A stretch of DNA of 64,000 nt, from contig MFPR01000040.1 of assembly GCA_001784175.1 (NCBI GenBank), positions 44,955-108,954 of the forward strand, read 5' to 3'. Shown piece after piece: positions 28,824-36,940 of the stretch. A program made the translations under genes and the position numbers. Below the pieces are notes generated by a model that was given only the letters and a program-made list of their open reading frames with translations, ran no database searches and had not been told where the DNA came from. Source of the stretch: Candidatus Lindowbacteria bacterium RIFCSPLOWO2_12_FULL_62_27 (lineage in GTDB: Bacteria; Lindowbacteria; 2-12-FULL-62-27). Position 1 is the first letter of the stretch. Each line of letters begins with the position of its first letter.

Positions 28824-30356
28824 ATGCGGCTCGTCAAGAAGGATCTCCTCGGGAAAATCCTCCTCACCACCAGGATCATTTCCAAAGATCAGCTCCGCGA
28901 GGCTTTGGAGCGCCAGCAGAAGTCGCCCCTCAAACTCGTCGGCGAAATCCTCATCGAACTCGGATACGCCACCCAGGCCGACGTGCTCACCGCCTACGCC
29001 CTTCAACACGGCATCCGGTATGTCAACCTCGACGACACCGACCTCCCTCATTCCTCCATCGCCGGCCGCTTGCCCGCCAAATTCGCCTGCAAGTACTGCA
29101 TCCTGCCGCTCAAGGAGGACGACGCGACATTCACCATCGCGTCCCACATGCCCAAATACGTCGACAAGACCATCGTCGACGATCTCGAATTGATCCTGGA
29201 CAAAAAAATCGAGCTGGTGATCTGCGGCAAAGACCAGCTCATCGCCAAAATATGCGAGTTCTACCGCATCGCACGCGAGGAATATGACCGGCTGCGGTCC
29301 ATCACCGACCGCGTGGCCATGGAGCTGCCGGACCTGGCGGAAGATCTGGCGCAGGAACCGTTCGACGGCGACCGCCTGGCGGTCGTCAAAAACAGCCCCA
29401 AGATGGCCGCGCTCTATGAAACGATTCTGAGAGTTGCCAAAAGCAACGCGGCCGTCCTGCTCCTCGGCGAAACCGGCACCGGCAAGGAGGTTTGCGCCAA
29501 GGTCATCCATCAGAACAGTCTGAGGAAGGACAAGCCGTTCATCAAAGTCAGTTGCGCCGCGCTGCCGGAGACGCTCCTCGAAAGCGAGATGTTCGGTTAC
29601 GAAAAAGGCGCGTTCACCGGCGCATACAGCCGCAAGCAGGGCCGGTTCGAGCTCGCCAGTGGCGGCACCCTCTTCCTCGACGAAATCGGCGAGATTACCA
29701 TGCCCGTCCAGATCAAGCTCCTGCGCGTCCTCCAGGACGGCGAGATCGAGAGGCTCGGCGGCGTCCACTCCATCAAAACCGACGTGCGGATCATCGCGGC
29801 GACGAACCGCAACCTCGAACAGGAAGTCAAGGCGGGCCGGTTCCGGCAGGACCTCTTTTACCGGCTGAACGTGGTCGCGTTCCAGATCCCGCCGCTGCGC
29901 GACCGCAAGGAGGACATCCCGTACCTGATCGAGCATTTCATCCAGAAGTTCAACCGGAAGAACGACCGGCACGTAAAGTACGTGTCGCCTAAGGTCACCG
30001 ACCTTTTGATGGAATACGACTGGCCGGGAAACATCCGGGAACTCGAAAATTGCATCGAACGCATGATCGTCACGTGCACCTCCGACAAAATCCTCGTCGA
30101 ACACATTCCGTTCCACTTGAAATCGCTCCAGATGCAGGTCGCCTACAGCGGGATTTCGGACGACACGGCCGCATCTCCAGCCGGGCCGGCGCCCGGCCAT
30201 GCTCCGTCTGCCGGTCCGGCAACATCGGCGGCGCTCTCCCGAGAACAGATCGAGGAAGCCCTGCGGAAAACCAGGTGGAACAAAGTCCGCGCGGCCAAAC
30301 TCCTGAACATCCACCGCAACACGCTGATGAAAAAAATCAAGGACCTCGGGTTGTAA
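28824..30356 (+). CDS. Sigma-54-dependent enhancer-binding protein with an N-terminal MshEN/T2SSE-N-like domain and a Fis-type HTH
   Basis: GETGTGKE, GAFTGA, GGTLFLDEIGE, FRQDLFYRLNV and WPGNIRELEN; N-terminus LLGKILL...LREALERQ...LVGEILIELG. Confidence 0.9.
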   Translation: MRLVKKDLLGKILLTTRIISKDQLREALERQQKSPLKLVGEILIELGYATQADVLTAYALQHGIRYVNLDDTDLPHSSIAGRLPAKFACKYCILPLKEDDATFTIASHMPKYVDKTIVDDLELILDKKIELVICGKDQLIAKICEFYRIAREEYDRLRSITDRVAMELPDLAEDLAQEPFDGDRLAVVKNSPKMAALYETILRVAKSNAAVLLLGETGTGKEVCAKVIHQNSLRKDKPFIKVSCAALPETLLESEMFGYEKGAFTGAYSRKQGRFELASGGTLFLDEIGEITMPVQIKLLRVLQDGEIERLGGVHSIKTDVRIIAATNRNLEQEVKAGRFRQDLFYRLNVVAFQIPPLRDRKEDIPYLIEHFIQKFNRKNDRHVKYVSPKVTDLLMEYDWPGNIRELENCIERMIVTCTSDKILVEHIPFHLKSLQMQVAYSGISDDTAASPAGPAPGHAPSAGPATSAALSREQIEEALRKTRWNKVRAAKLLNIHRNTLMKKIKDLGL

Positions 30357-30374
30357 TCGCCGGGCGGTGGAACC

Positions 30375-30746
30375 CTATTTCACATCCACCGTCATTTTTC
30401 GGAGGTCGAAGGTTGCGATCCGGCCCGTGATGATTTCCATGCCGACGAGTCCGACTTCGGCGTCGGTCAGACTCAGAAGCACAACGATCCGGCGGCCGGA
30501 AACTTGAAGTGTCCCTCGATATAAAATGTCCTGCACGACGCTGCCGTCCGCCAATTGATATTGGGTCCGGTTGAAAGGCTCCAACCGCGCGCGCCGGCCG
30601 ATCTTTCGCGGCAACACGAGACTGCCGTTGAATCCGGTGTCCAGGATCGCGTTGAATTGAATGCGCTCACCCCTCATTCCAAGAATGGACACGTCTTCGA
30701 GCATCGGTTCGAGATTGGCCGTGATCTGGCCTTTCAGGAATGTCAC
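30375..30746 (-). CDS. Clan AA (retropepsin-like) aspartic protease, AF_0612-like
   Basis: AILDTGFNGSLVLP, LADGS and LVGM motifs; GTG start at 30746 overlaps the upstream TGA. Confidence 0.8.
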   Translation of the reverse strand: MTFLKGQITANLEPMLEDVSILGMRGERIQFNAILDTGFNGSLVLPRKIGRRARLEPFNRTQYQLADGSVVQDILYRGTLQVSGRRIVVLLSLTDAEVGLVGMEIITGRIATFDLRKMTVDVK

Positions 30747-31003
30747 CTGAAGCGAAAGAACGGGGTATGGATCTTGAAGGCCGTCGGATACCCGACGCGG
30801 ATGAGGCGCACGTCGCTGCCGTTTTTCATCGGCGGGCAACTCCGGACAATGTCGGACCCGCAGAAACACCGGCCGCTTTTTATATCCACCGCCACCAATA
30901 TCCCCTTGCGAAGCCTCCGGCCTTTGAAAAATTTCCGGGCGGCCAAAAGCGCATCCCTATTCCAAGCCGCCGGCGTTTTGGAACTCCGTACGGATCGTTT
31001 CAT
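30743..31003 (-). CDS. Small hypothetical partner of the aspartic protease (DUF5678-like)
   Basis: 86 aa with GILVAVDIKSGRCFCG...LIRVG, translationally coupled to the protease. Confidence 0.55.
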   Translation of the reverse strand: MKRSVRSSKTPAAWNRDALLAARKFFKGRRLRKGILVAVDIKSGRCFCGSDIVRSCPPMKNGSDVRLIRVGYPTAFKIHTPFFRFR

Positions 31004-31076
31004 GACCTTATGCTATCCCCGGGTTGTCCGAAAGGCAAGCTCGCAAATGAGAAAACGGAAATGCATCGTCTCGCTC

Positions 31077-31228
31077 AGAACGTGTGAATAAATCCCTTAT
31101 CCACGAAGGAGCACGAAGGGGCACGAAGAAACATTTAGATAACATATTGAATATCTGGATTCCCTTCGTGTCAGCTTCGTGTCCCTTCGTGGATAAAAAG
31201 TGGTTTATTCAATTTTTTCACACGTTCT
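31077..31228. mobile_element. MITE-like palindromic element with internal CACGAA triplets
   Basis: 12-bp terminal inverted repeats AGAACGTGTGAA (31077-31088) and TTCACACGTTCT (31217-31228); inside, TTATCCACGAAG-(GCACGAAG)2 is mirrored by (CTTCGTG)3-GATAA. Confidence 0.6.
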
Positions 31229-31255
31229 CACCGAACGGCGGAACTAAACAGCATA

Positions 31256-31275
31256 ATGCACATATAATTGTGCAT
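31256..31275. promoter_or_regulatory. Putative upstream activator site for the sigma-54 activator
   Basis: ATGCACA-TATAAT-TGTGCAT palindrome about 150-170 bp upstream of the -24 element; resembles NtrC-type TGCAC-N-GTGCA sites. Confidence 0.45.
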
Positions 31276-31406
31276 ATAGCCTATATATCTGCCGTGAATA
31301 TGCAGTATGCACACATCATCAAGCGTGCTTTCACGATGGGCGCCCACTTTGGCGCATTCGAAACCTTAAGGTTTCAAATGATTTGTGAAAATTCCACGTT
31401 TTAACA

Positions 31407-31461
31407 GTAAGCGCTTTCATCACCGGGCATACCCTTTGCAAGAGATGGAGTAAGCGCTTAC
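31407..31461 (+). promoter_or_regulatory. Sigma-54 (-24/-12) promoter flanked by two LacI-type operators
   Basis: GGCAT-ACCCT-TTGCA (31426-31440, exact GG-N10-GC spacing); GTAAGCGCTTTC (31407-31418) and perfect GTAAGCGCTTAC (31450-31461). Confidence 0.7.
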
Positions 31462-31494
31462 AAGCGCCAAACAAAAATGGGGTGGAGGTCAGAC

Positions 31495-34107
31495 ATGAAA
31501 ACTGAGATTTTAGATTTTAGATTTTGGATTTTGGATTCCAATAAGGGCGGTTTGAGATGGGCTACCGCGATTCTCATCCTGCTGCTCTGCGCCGGCCTTC
31601 CTGAGGCTCAGGCCGCGCTCAGCAAATCATCGCCGACCGGCGAGGAGGTCTGGCGCATCAACTGCGGCGCCACCGCCGCCGATTACGCCGATCCGGCCGG
31701 GAACACATGGGTCAAGGACGAGGATTTCTACTCCATTTACCGCTGGGGCTACATCAACGGCAACACCGCCTCCACCACCTCCAACATCACCAACACCTCC
31801 ACGCCCGAAATTTACAAGTCCAGCCGCTGGGGCGGAACGAACCTGTCCTACAAGGTCGAAGTCCCCAACGGCACCTACCGCGTCCGGCTCATGTTTGCGG
31901 AGACGTACTGGAACCAGGCCGGCAAGCGCGTGTTCAACGTGGCCCTCGAAGGCAACACGCTGTGGTCCTTCGTCGACATCTGGGCCTGGGCCGGCAATGC
32001 GATGAACAAGGCGATGGACCTGACGGCCGACGTGACGGTGACGGACGGCGTCCTCGACGTGACGTTTCCCGTCGTTCAGATGGACAACGCCTGCATCAGC
32101 GGGATCGAGGTCAAGGTCCTCACGCTGGCCGACGACGCGTTCCTCGATTTCGTGCAGAAAAAGATGTTCTGGTTTTACTGGAACGAGGCCGACGTTCAGA
32201 CCGGCCTCGTCAAATGGGGCGAGAACAATTTCGCCCAGGGGTACGGCAACACCTCCAGCATCGCCACCGATGGGTTCGCCCTCTCCATCTATACGATCGC
32301 CGCCAGCCGCGGATGGATCACGCGCCAGCAGGCGTACGATCGCGTCATGAAAATGCTGAATACGTTTGAGACTGTCATCCAGAACGTGCATGGTTTCTGG
32401 TGGCATTTCGTCTACACCGCCACCGGCGCGCGCGAGGGCACAACCGAAATCTCGACCGTCGACTCCGCGCTCTTTATCATGGGCGCGCTCCAGGCCGGCG
32501 AGTTTTTCCGAAGCGACCATCCGGACGTCGCGTCCAAGGCGGACCTTCTGTACCGCCGCATGGAGTGGAGCTGGTTTCTGAACGTCAATGCCGGCGATCC
32601 GTATCTGAACCGGTTCGTCAACATGGGCTGGAAGCCCGAGTATCAGCCGGGATCGCCGCACGGCTACGTCATCGCGAGCGGCCGGCCCGAAGGCGGTTAT
32701 TTCGTGAACGACTGGTGGAACCGGTACAGCGAATCGGTCTTCGTGAACTTCCTCGCGCTCGGCTCGCCCACCTACTCGGCCGGTCCGGCGGCTTGGACGG
32801 ACATGGGCAAGCCGTGGGTCGACGATTTTGGCTATCACTACGTGAACGAGCCGCCGCTTTTCACGCACCAGTTTCATCATCTCTATTACGACATGCGAAA
32901 CCGGCACGACGGCAAGGTCGACTACGTCGACAACACCCGCAAGGCCACGCAGGTCAACCGCCTCACGTGCGAGAACGACAGCCGCTATGAGCCCAAACGC
33001 TGGGGGCTGTCGGGTTCCAACGGGCCGACGGGCTATCAGGCCTACGGCGCCGGCACGGGCGGGTTCCACGACGGCACGGTCGATCCGGCCGCGCCCGCCG
33101 CCACGATGAACATCACGCCCACGGAGTCGATCCAGGCCACGCGGTTCATGTTCTTCCAGTACAAGCATCACATCTGGGGCCAGTACGGGTTTTCGGACGC
33201 GTTCAACGTGAGCGCCGACTGGAAGGACTGGCTCTTCGACGGCCTCAGCGCCGGCGCGCTCGTCATTGGCATCGAAAATTACCGCACCGGCATGGTGAGA
33301 AACGAGTTCATGAAAAATCCATACCTTGCGACCGCCTACGCTCAGGCCGGCATCAAGACCTTCGGCCAGTCCGCGCTCTACAACGCATCGACCGGCAGTG
33401 ACGCGCCGAACGCGTTCGACAACAACATGACCACGCGCTGGGGCTCGGCCTTCGCCGACCCGCAGTGGCTCGAAGTCGACTACGGCGCCGGACGGACGTT
33501 CAACAAGGTCACGATCAACTGGGAGGCGGCCTACGGCAAGGACTACAAGATCCAGGCGTCGTGGGACGCGAACACGTGGTGGGACGTCGCGACCGTCGTG
33601 AACGGCAACGGCGCCACGGACATCCTGACCTTCCCGATGAACACCGCCCGATACTGGAGAATGTACGGCACGAAACGCGGCACGGCGTGGGGCTATTCGA
33701 TCTGGGAGATGAAATTCGAGAACACGGTGAATCTCGCTCTGAACAAGCCGGCCACGTCCTCATCCAACGAAAACTCGGGCGTCACGGCGCCGAAGGCCTT
33801 CGACGGCAGCTTCACGACGCGCTGGGCGTCACTGTGGAGCGACCCGCAGTGGGTCCGGGTCGACCTCGGCTCGAACCAGAACGTGAGCCGCGTGATCCTG
33901 CACTGGGAGTACGCGTACGGCAAGGACTACAAAATCCAGACCTCGACGGACAACATCAACTGGACGGACCGCTTCACGGCGGTCAACGGCGACGGCGGCG
34001 TCGATGAGTGCCCGTTCACGGCCGTGAGCGCCCGGTACATCCGCATGTACGGCACCGCGCGCGGCACCGGGTTCGGGTATTCGCTGTGGGAGATGCAGGT
34101 GCAGTGA
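31495..34107 (+). CDS. Exported malectin + GH144-like endo-beta-1,2-glucanase-clan domain + two F5/8 domains (paralog 1)
   Basis: RBS GGAGGT then ATG 31495; malectin WRINCG...YRVRLMFAETYW...GKRVFNV; GH144 motifs EISTVDSALF, WNRYSE, PPLFTHQF, HDGTVDP and IENYRTG. Confidence 0.85.
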   Translation: MKTEILDFRFWILDSNKGGLRWATAILILLLCAGLPEAQAALSKSSPTGEEVWRINCGATAADYADPAGNTWVKDEDFYSIYRWGYINGNTASTTSNITNTSTPEIYKSSRWGGTNLSYKVEVPNGTYRVRLMFAETYWNQAGKRVFNVALEGNTLWSFVDIWAWAGNAMNKAMDLTADVTVTDGVLDVTFPVVQMDNACISGIEVKVLTLADDAFLDFVQKKMFWFYWNEADVQTGLVKWGENNFAQGYGNTSSIATDGFALSIYTIAASRGWITRQQAYDRVMKMLNTFETVIQNVHGFWWHFVYTATGAREGTTEISTVDSALFIMGALQAGEFFRSDHPDVASKADLLYRRMEWSWFLNVNAGDPYLNRFVNMGWKPEYQPGSPHGYVIASGRPEGGYFVNDWWNRYSESVFVNFLALGSPTYSAGPAAWTDMGKPWVDDFGYHYVNEPPLFTHQFHHLYYDMRNRHDGKVDYVDNTRKATQVNRLTCENDSRYEPKRWGLSGSNGPTGYQAYGAGTGGFHDGTVDPAAPAATMNITPTESIQATRFMFFQYKHHIWGQYGFSDAFNVSADWKDWLFDGLSAGALVIGIENYRTGMVRNEFMKNPYLATAYAQAGIKTFGQSALYNASTGSDAPNAFDNNMTTRWGSAFADPQWLEVDYGAGRTFNKVTINWEAAYGKDYKIQASWDANTWWDVATVVNGNGATDILTFPMNTARYWRMYGTKRGTAWGYSIWEMKFENTVNLALNKPATSSSNENSGVTAPKAFDGSFTTRWASLWSDPQWVRVDLGSNQNVSRVILHWEYAYGKDYKIQTSTDNINWTDRFTAVNGDGGVDECPFTAVSARYIRMYGTARGTGFGYSLWEMQVQ

Positions 34108-35750
34108 AAAAACCTGAGATTTTAGATTTTAGATTTTCGATTTTTCTTCCATTCTGTCCAAAGTCGTCGAAGGAGTCGTTGGCCATAGTCTTACTGGCGT
34201 GCGCCGTTGTGATGTGCCCGGAGGCAACTTGGGCAACGCATCTGGGCACCTGCCATGACAGCAATCACGTGACATGTTTCTCGACGGCCCCCAGTCACAC
34301 TCAGGAATTCATCAGCATGGGCTGGCTTAGCTACCATGACATCGCGTTCGGATTGCTGATCAAACCGGGATGGAAACAGGGAATCCTGAGCGCATATAAT
34401 TGGAGTCCGCACGTTCCCAACCATATCACGGAGGTAACCAGTGTGGATCTGGTGCGATGGGATGTTTTCGGCGATTTTCCAGGCTATTATCGAGACGCGC
34501 TGGCTTCAGGAATCCCAGTTCCGATCGCATCGGGTGGGGGCACCGTAGGTTCCTTCTTGCCAACGCGCGGGGGAACATTTTATACGGGAACGAAGATAAA
34601 CATCTCCGCACGCTATGAGGGTTATTATCCATGGCTGGAGCCGCTGGGCGGATATAATTCAGACGGATCGGCCAACAAAGGTCCCATCGAGTTCACCAAT
34701 CCAGAGTGGGGCGTGGGACCCCAATTCGACGAATGGGGGTTTGAGGTGAGACCATGGTGCATCGCATTGCAGATGCGGCTTGAGAATTTGACCCCCGGGG
34801 ACCTGAATCCGCCGGAAGAGGTTCAGCCAAAGAACGCCGATCCGGGCGATCCCACGAATGAGAAATCGAAGGTCCGATCCAGGTTGTCCGGAACATCTGT
34901 GCCGTCCTTGCTGGCGGGGGGTGCATACGTGGGGTGGTATATCGAAGGAGAAGGCGGGGGACATGAGGAAGCGCATCACGCCACACCAAGACCGGTCGGC
35001 ACGTTTGAGAATGGCCAGTGGCTGCATTTCGAACACGTGCCGACGGGGCAGACCGTCGATCTCACTCGGACATATACCGCTGGCGAATTCGGGGGCGACG
35101 AGCGAATCAAGGTTGTGGTCAGCGACAAGCCGTTGACTGCTTCGAGCCTTCCGAGATCGACGCTTGCGGAACAGGCGTCGGCCCGGGAGGTATTGAAGCA
35201 GGAGGGTATCGCGGCGGCGGGAAACGACGAAGGCGTCCGCGGCGACGGCACCGGCTGCGCGTTTGGGACCGACGTCTACGTTTTCTGGCCGGGCCTTCAA
35301 GAAATCTCGGATGGGGCGGATTACGAAAAAACGGGACAAACCCCTTCACACCCTCGGAACCACCATGGAACCTCAGATTTGATTATGGCTATTGAGAAAG
35401 TAGCCTTTAAATATAGAGAAACCACGAAGAACAGCCCCGGTCTTGATGAAGCCATTATCCGTGTCAATGACATGAGTCTTGAGAATGGCGGAGCGTTTGA
35501 TATTTGCGCCACGTGGGATATACACGATAATAGTTGTTTGTCTGATCCCAAACCGCCGACGGCTCACAATCGTCACAGAACGGGAAAGAGTGTGGATATC
35601 AGTAAATTCCATAAAGTGATATCTACTGGGTCCGTGGTCCTCCTCGGGAATAATACCTTTCTGGTACAACAATTATTTACAAATGAAAATCTAAATATTT
35701 CTTCACAATTATTTGCGCAATTCGGAAGACTGCATTTTGAACTGCAATGA
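34104..35750 (+). CDS. Exported protein with a C-terminal LAS-type (MepA/M74-like) Zn metallopeptidase domain
   Basis: GTG 34104 overlaps the previous TGA; HPRNHHGT...VNDMSLENGGAFD...AHNRHRTGKSVDI; 3' part is AT-rich. Confidence 0.6.
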   Translation: MKKPEILDFRFSIFLPFCPKSSKESLAIVLLACAVVMCPEATWATHLGTCHDSNHVTCFSTAPSHTQEFISMGWLSYHDIAFGLLIKPGWKQGILSAYNWSPHVPNHITEVTSVDLVRWDVFGDFPGYYRDALASGIPVPIASGGGTVGSFLPTRGGTFYTGTKINISARYEGYYPWLEPLGGYNSDGSANKGPIEFTNPEWGVGPQFDEWGFEVRPWCIALQMRLENLTPGDLNPPEEVQPKNADPGDPTNEKSKVRSRLSGTSVPSLLAGGAYVGWYIEGEGGGHEEAHHATPRPVGTFENGQWLHFEHVPTGQTVDLTRTYTAGEFGGDERIKVVVSDKPLTASSLPRSTLAEQASAREVLKQEGIAAAGNDEGVRGDGTGCAFGTDVYVFWPGLQEISDGADYEKTGQTPSHPRNHHGTSDLIMAIEKVAFKYRETTKNSPGLDEAIIRVNDMSLENGGAFDICATWDIHDNSCLSDPKPPTAHNRHRTGKSVDISKFHKVISTGSVVLLGNNTFLVQQLFTNENLNISSQLFAQFGRLHFELQ

Positions 35751-36835
35751 AAAAAACAAACGTGGTGTTATCTCTGATTCCATTTTCGGTGGTCATCGTT
35801 ACCAACTGTTGGGCATTTGAACCAAGAGAAAATTTGCCGGTTCTCAGACAGATACGATTATCGTCCACGATTGCTAAGATTGCCGGGTCGATAGATTATT
35901 ATGAATATGACTACTCATTATACAATTCCAACACGAACAGTGGAAGTGTCATGTCAATTGTTATCGATCTGACGGAGCGGGCGAAGAGAATACAACAATT
36001 CAATAGTTCTGTCGGATTTGTGGACAATCGTATGGCGGGGTTTGGAAAGGAGCATGGATATCCCCCAATTGTGGCGGTGAGCGATCTAAAAATTCCAGAC
36101 CGCTGGTTTGGCTTTTTAGGATCGGTTGCCGTCAACTGGGTTGTGCATGGAAGTCAGGATGATCATCCATGGTTGGTAGTCCCCGGAAAATCATTGCAAG
36201 GTCTTGGATTTAAGTCACCGGCGGTGCCGGGTATTACAACATTCGTGGTAACACCTGTCTTGGATCTTTCCAAGTTCTATCCGGACATTCATGATGTTAC
36301 CGGTGGATTGGAAGAAGAAAACGCTTTAATGCGACAGATAAATCAAGATCGTGATGCCATTAAATTTACCGGCAGGACATTGGGACCTGTGGCTCCACCG
36401 GTTGATTTATCAGAACTATGCGATACATTTATCCTCGACCTGATCGGCCAAGTGCGAGAGGCGGAGGTATTGGGCTGGATCAAGCACGACCTGCGGAAAG
36501 ACCGGGACGACGATGACGACCACGGCAAGCGGACGGTCGACGAGAAAGGCAAGAAGAAAGGCCGCGACAAAGACGATGACGAAGACGACGACAACGGCGA
36601 TGACGACGATTCCGACCTCGACGAGAAGAACAGGGGCCTGCCGGGTGTGGCGAAGTCGATCATCAAGAAGCTGACGAAGGTGCGTCAGGAGTGTCTGCGT
36701 GAGAAGTTCGGGATCGCCCGTGAGAAACTGCGGGCGCTGATCAAGCAGGTGAGCGCGCAGCGAGGGAAGCACTTGACCGATGAGGCCTATTATCTGATCC
36801 GATTCAACGCGGAATTTCTGCTTGAAAAAATATAA
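35747..36835 (+). CDS. Exported hypothetical protein with an acidic low-complexity insert and a FIMAH-like C-terminal helical domain
   Basis: ATGA overlap with the peptidase gene; signal peptide; LRALIKQVSAQRGKHLTDEAYYLI; AT-rich 5' two-thirds. Confidence 0.6.
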   Translation: MKKTNVVLSLIPFSVVIVTNCWAFEPRENLPVLRQIRLSSTIAKIAGSIDYYEYDYSLYNSNTNSGSVMSIVIDLTERAKRIQQFNSSVGFVDNRMAGFGKEHGYPPIVAVSDLKIPDRWFGFLGSVAVNWVVHGSQDDHPWLVVPGKSLQGLGFKSPAVPGITTFVVTPVLDLSKFYPDIHDVTGGLEEENALMRQINQDRDAIKFTGRTLGPVAPPVDLSELCDTFILDLIGQVREAEVLGWIKHDLRKDRDDDDDHGKRTVDEKGKKKGRDKDDDEDDDNGDDDDSDLDEKNRGLPGVAKSIIKKLTKVRQECLREKFGIAREKLRALIKQVSAQRGKHLTDEAYYLIRFNAEFLLEKI

Positions 36836-36873
36836 GACGGTCGCCCCAATATGCTTGGTGGCCGTCCCTTTTC
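36836..36873 (+). terminator. Putative intrinsic terminator
   Basis: GACGGTCGCC...GGTGGCCGTC stem (with G-U pairs) followed by CCTTTT, immediately after the stop. Confidence 0.45.
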
Positions 36874-36940
36874 CATTTGGATGACAAACTTGGCCCACTT
36901 GCGGCTCTGGAGTTGCCAAAACAATAATGGAGGATGAGTC

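Noticed and set aside
27510-30314. Long antisense ORFs (934 aa here; also 50581-53577, 3732-5702, 39589-41553, 11027-12928, 44682-46829, 56525-58372)
   Set aside because: They are shadow frames of well-supported + strand genes in high-GC DNA and have no recognisable motifs.
31084-31404. 106-aa ORF in the promoter region
   Set aside because: It is a translation of the palindromic element and operator DNA, with no coding signal.
36903-36917. Second sigma-54 promoter GGCTC-TGGAG-TTGCC before GH5
   Set aside because: The spacing fits, but the -24 match is weak and the predicted +1 would abut the RBS.
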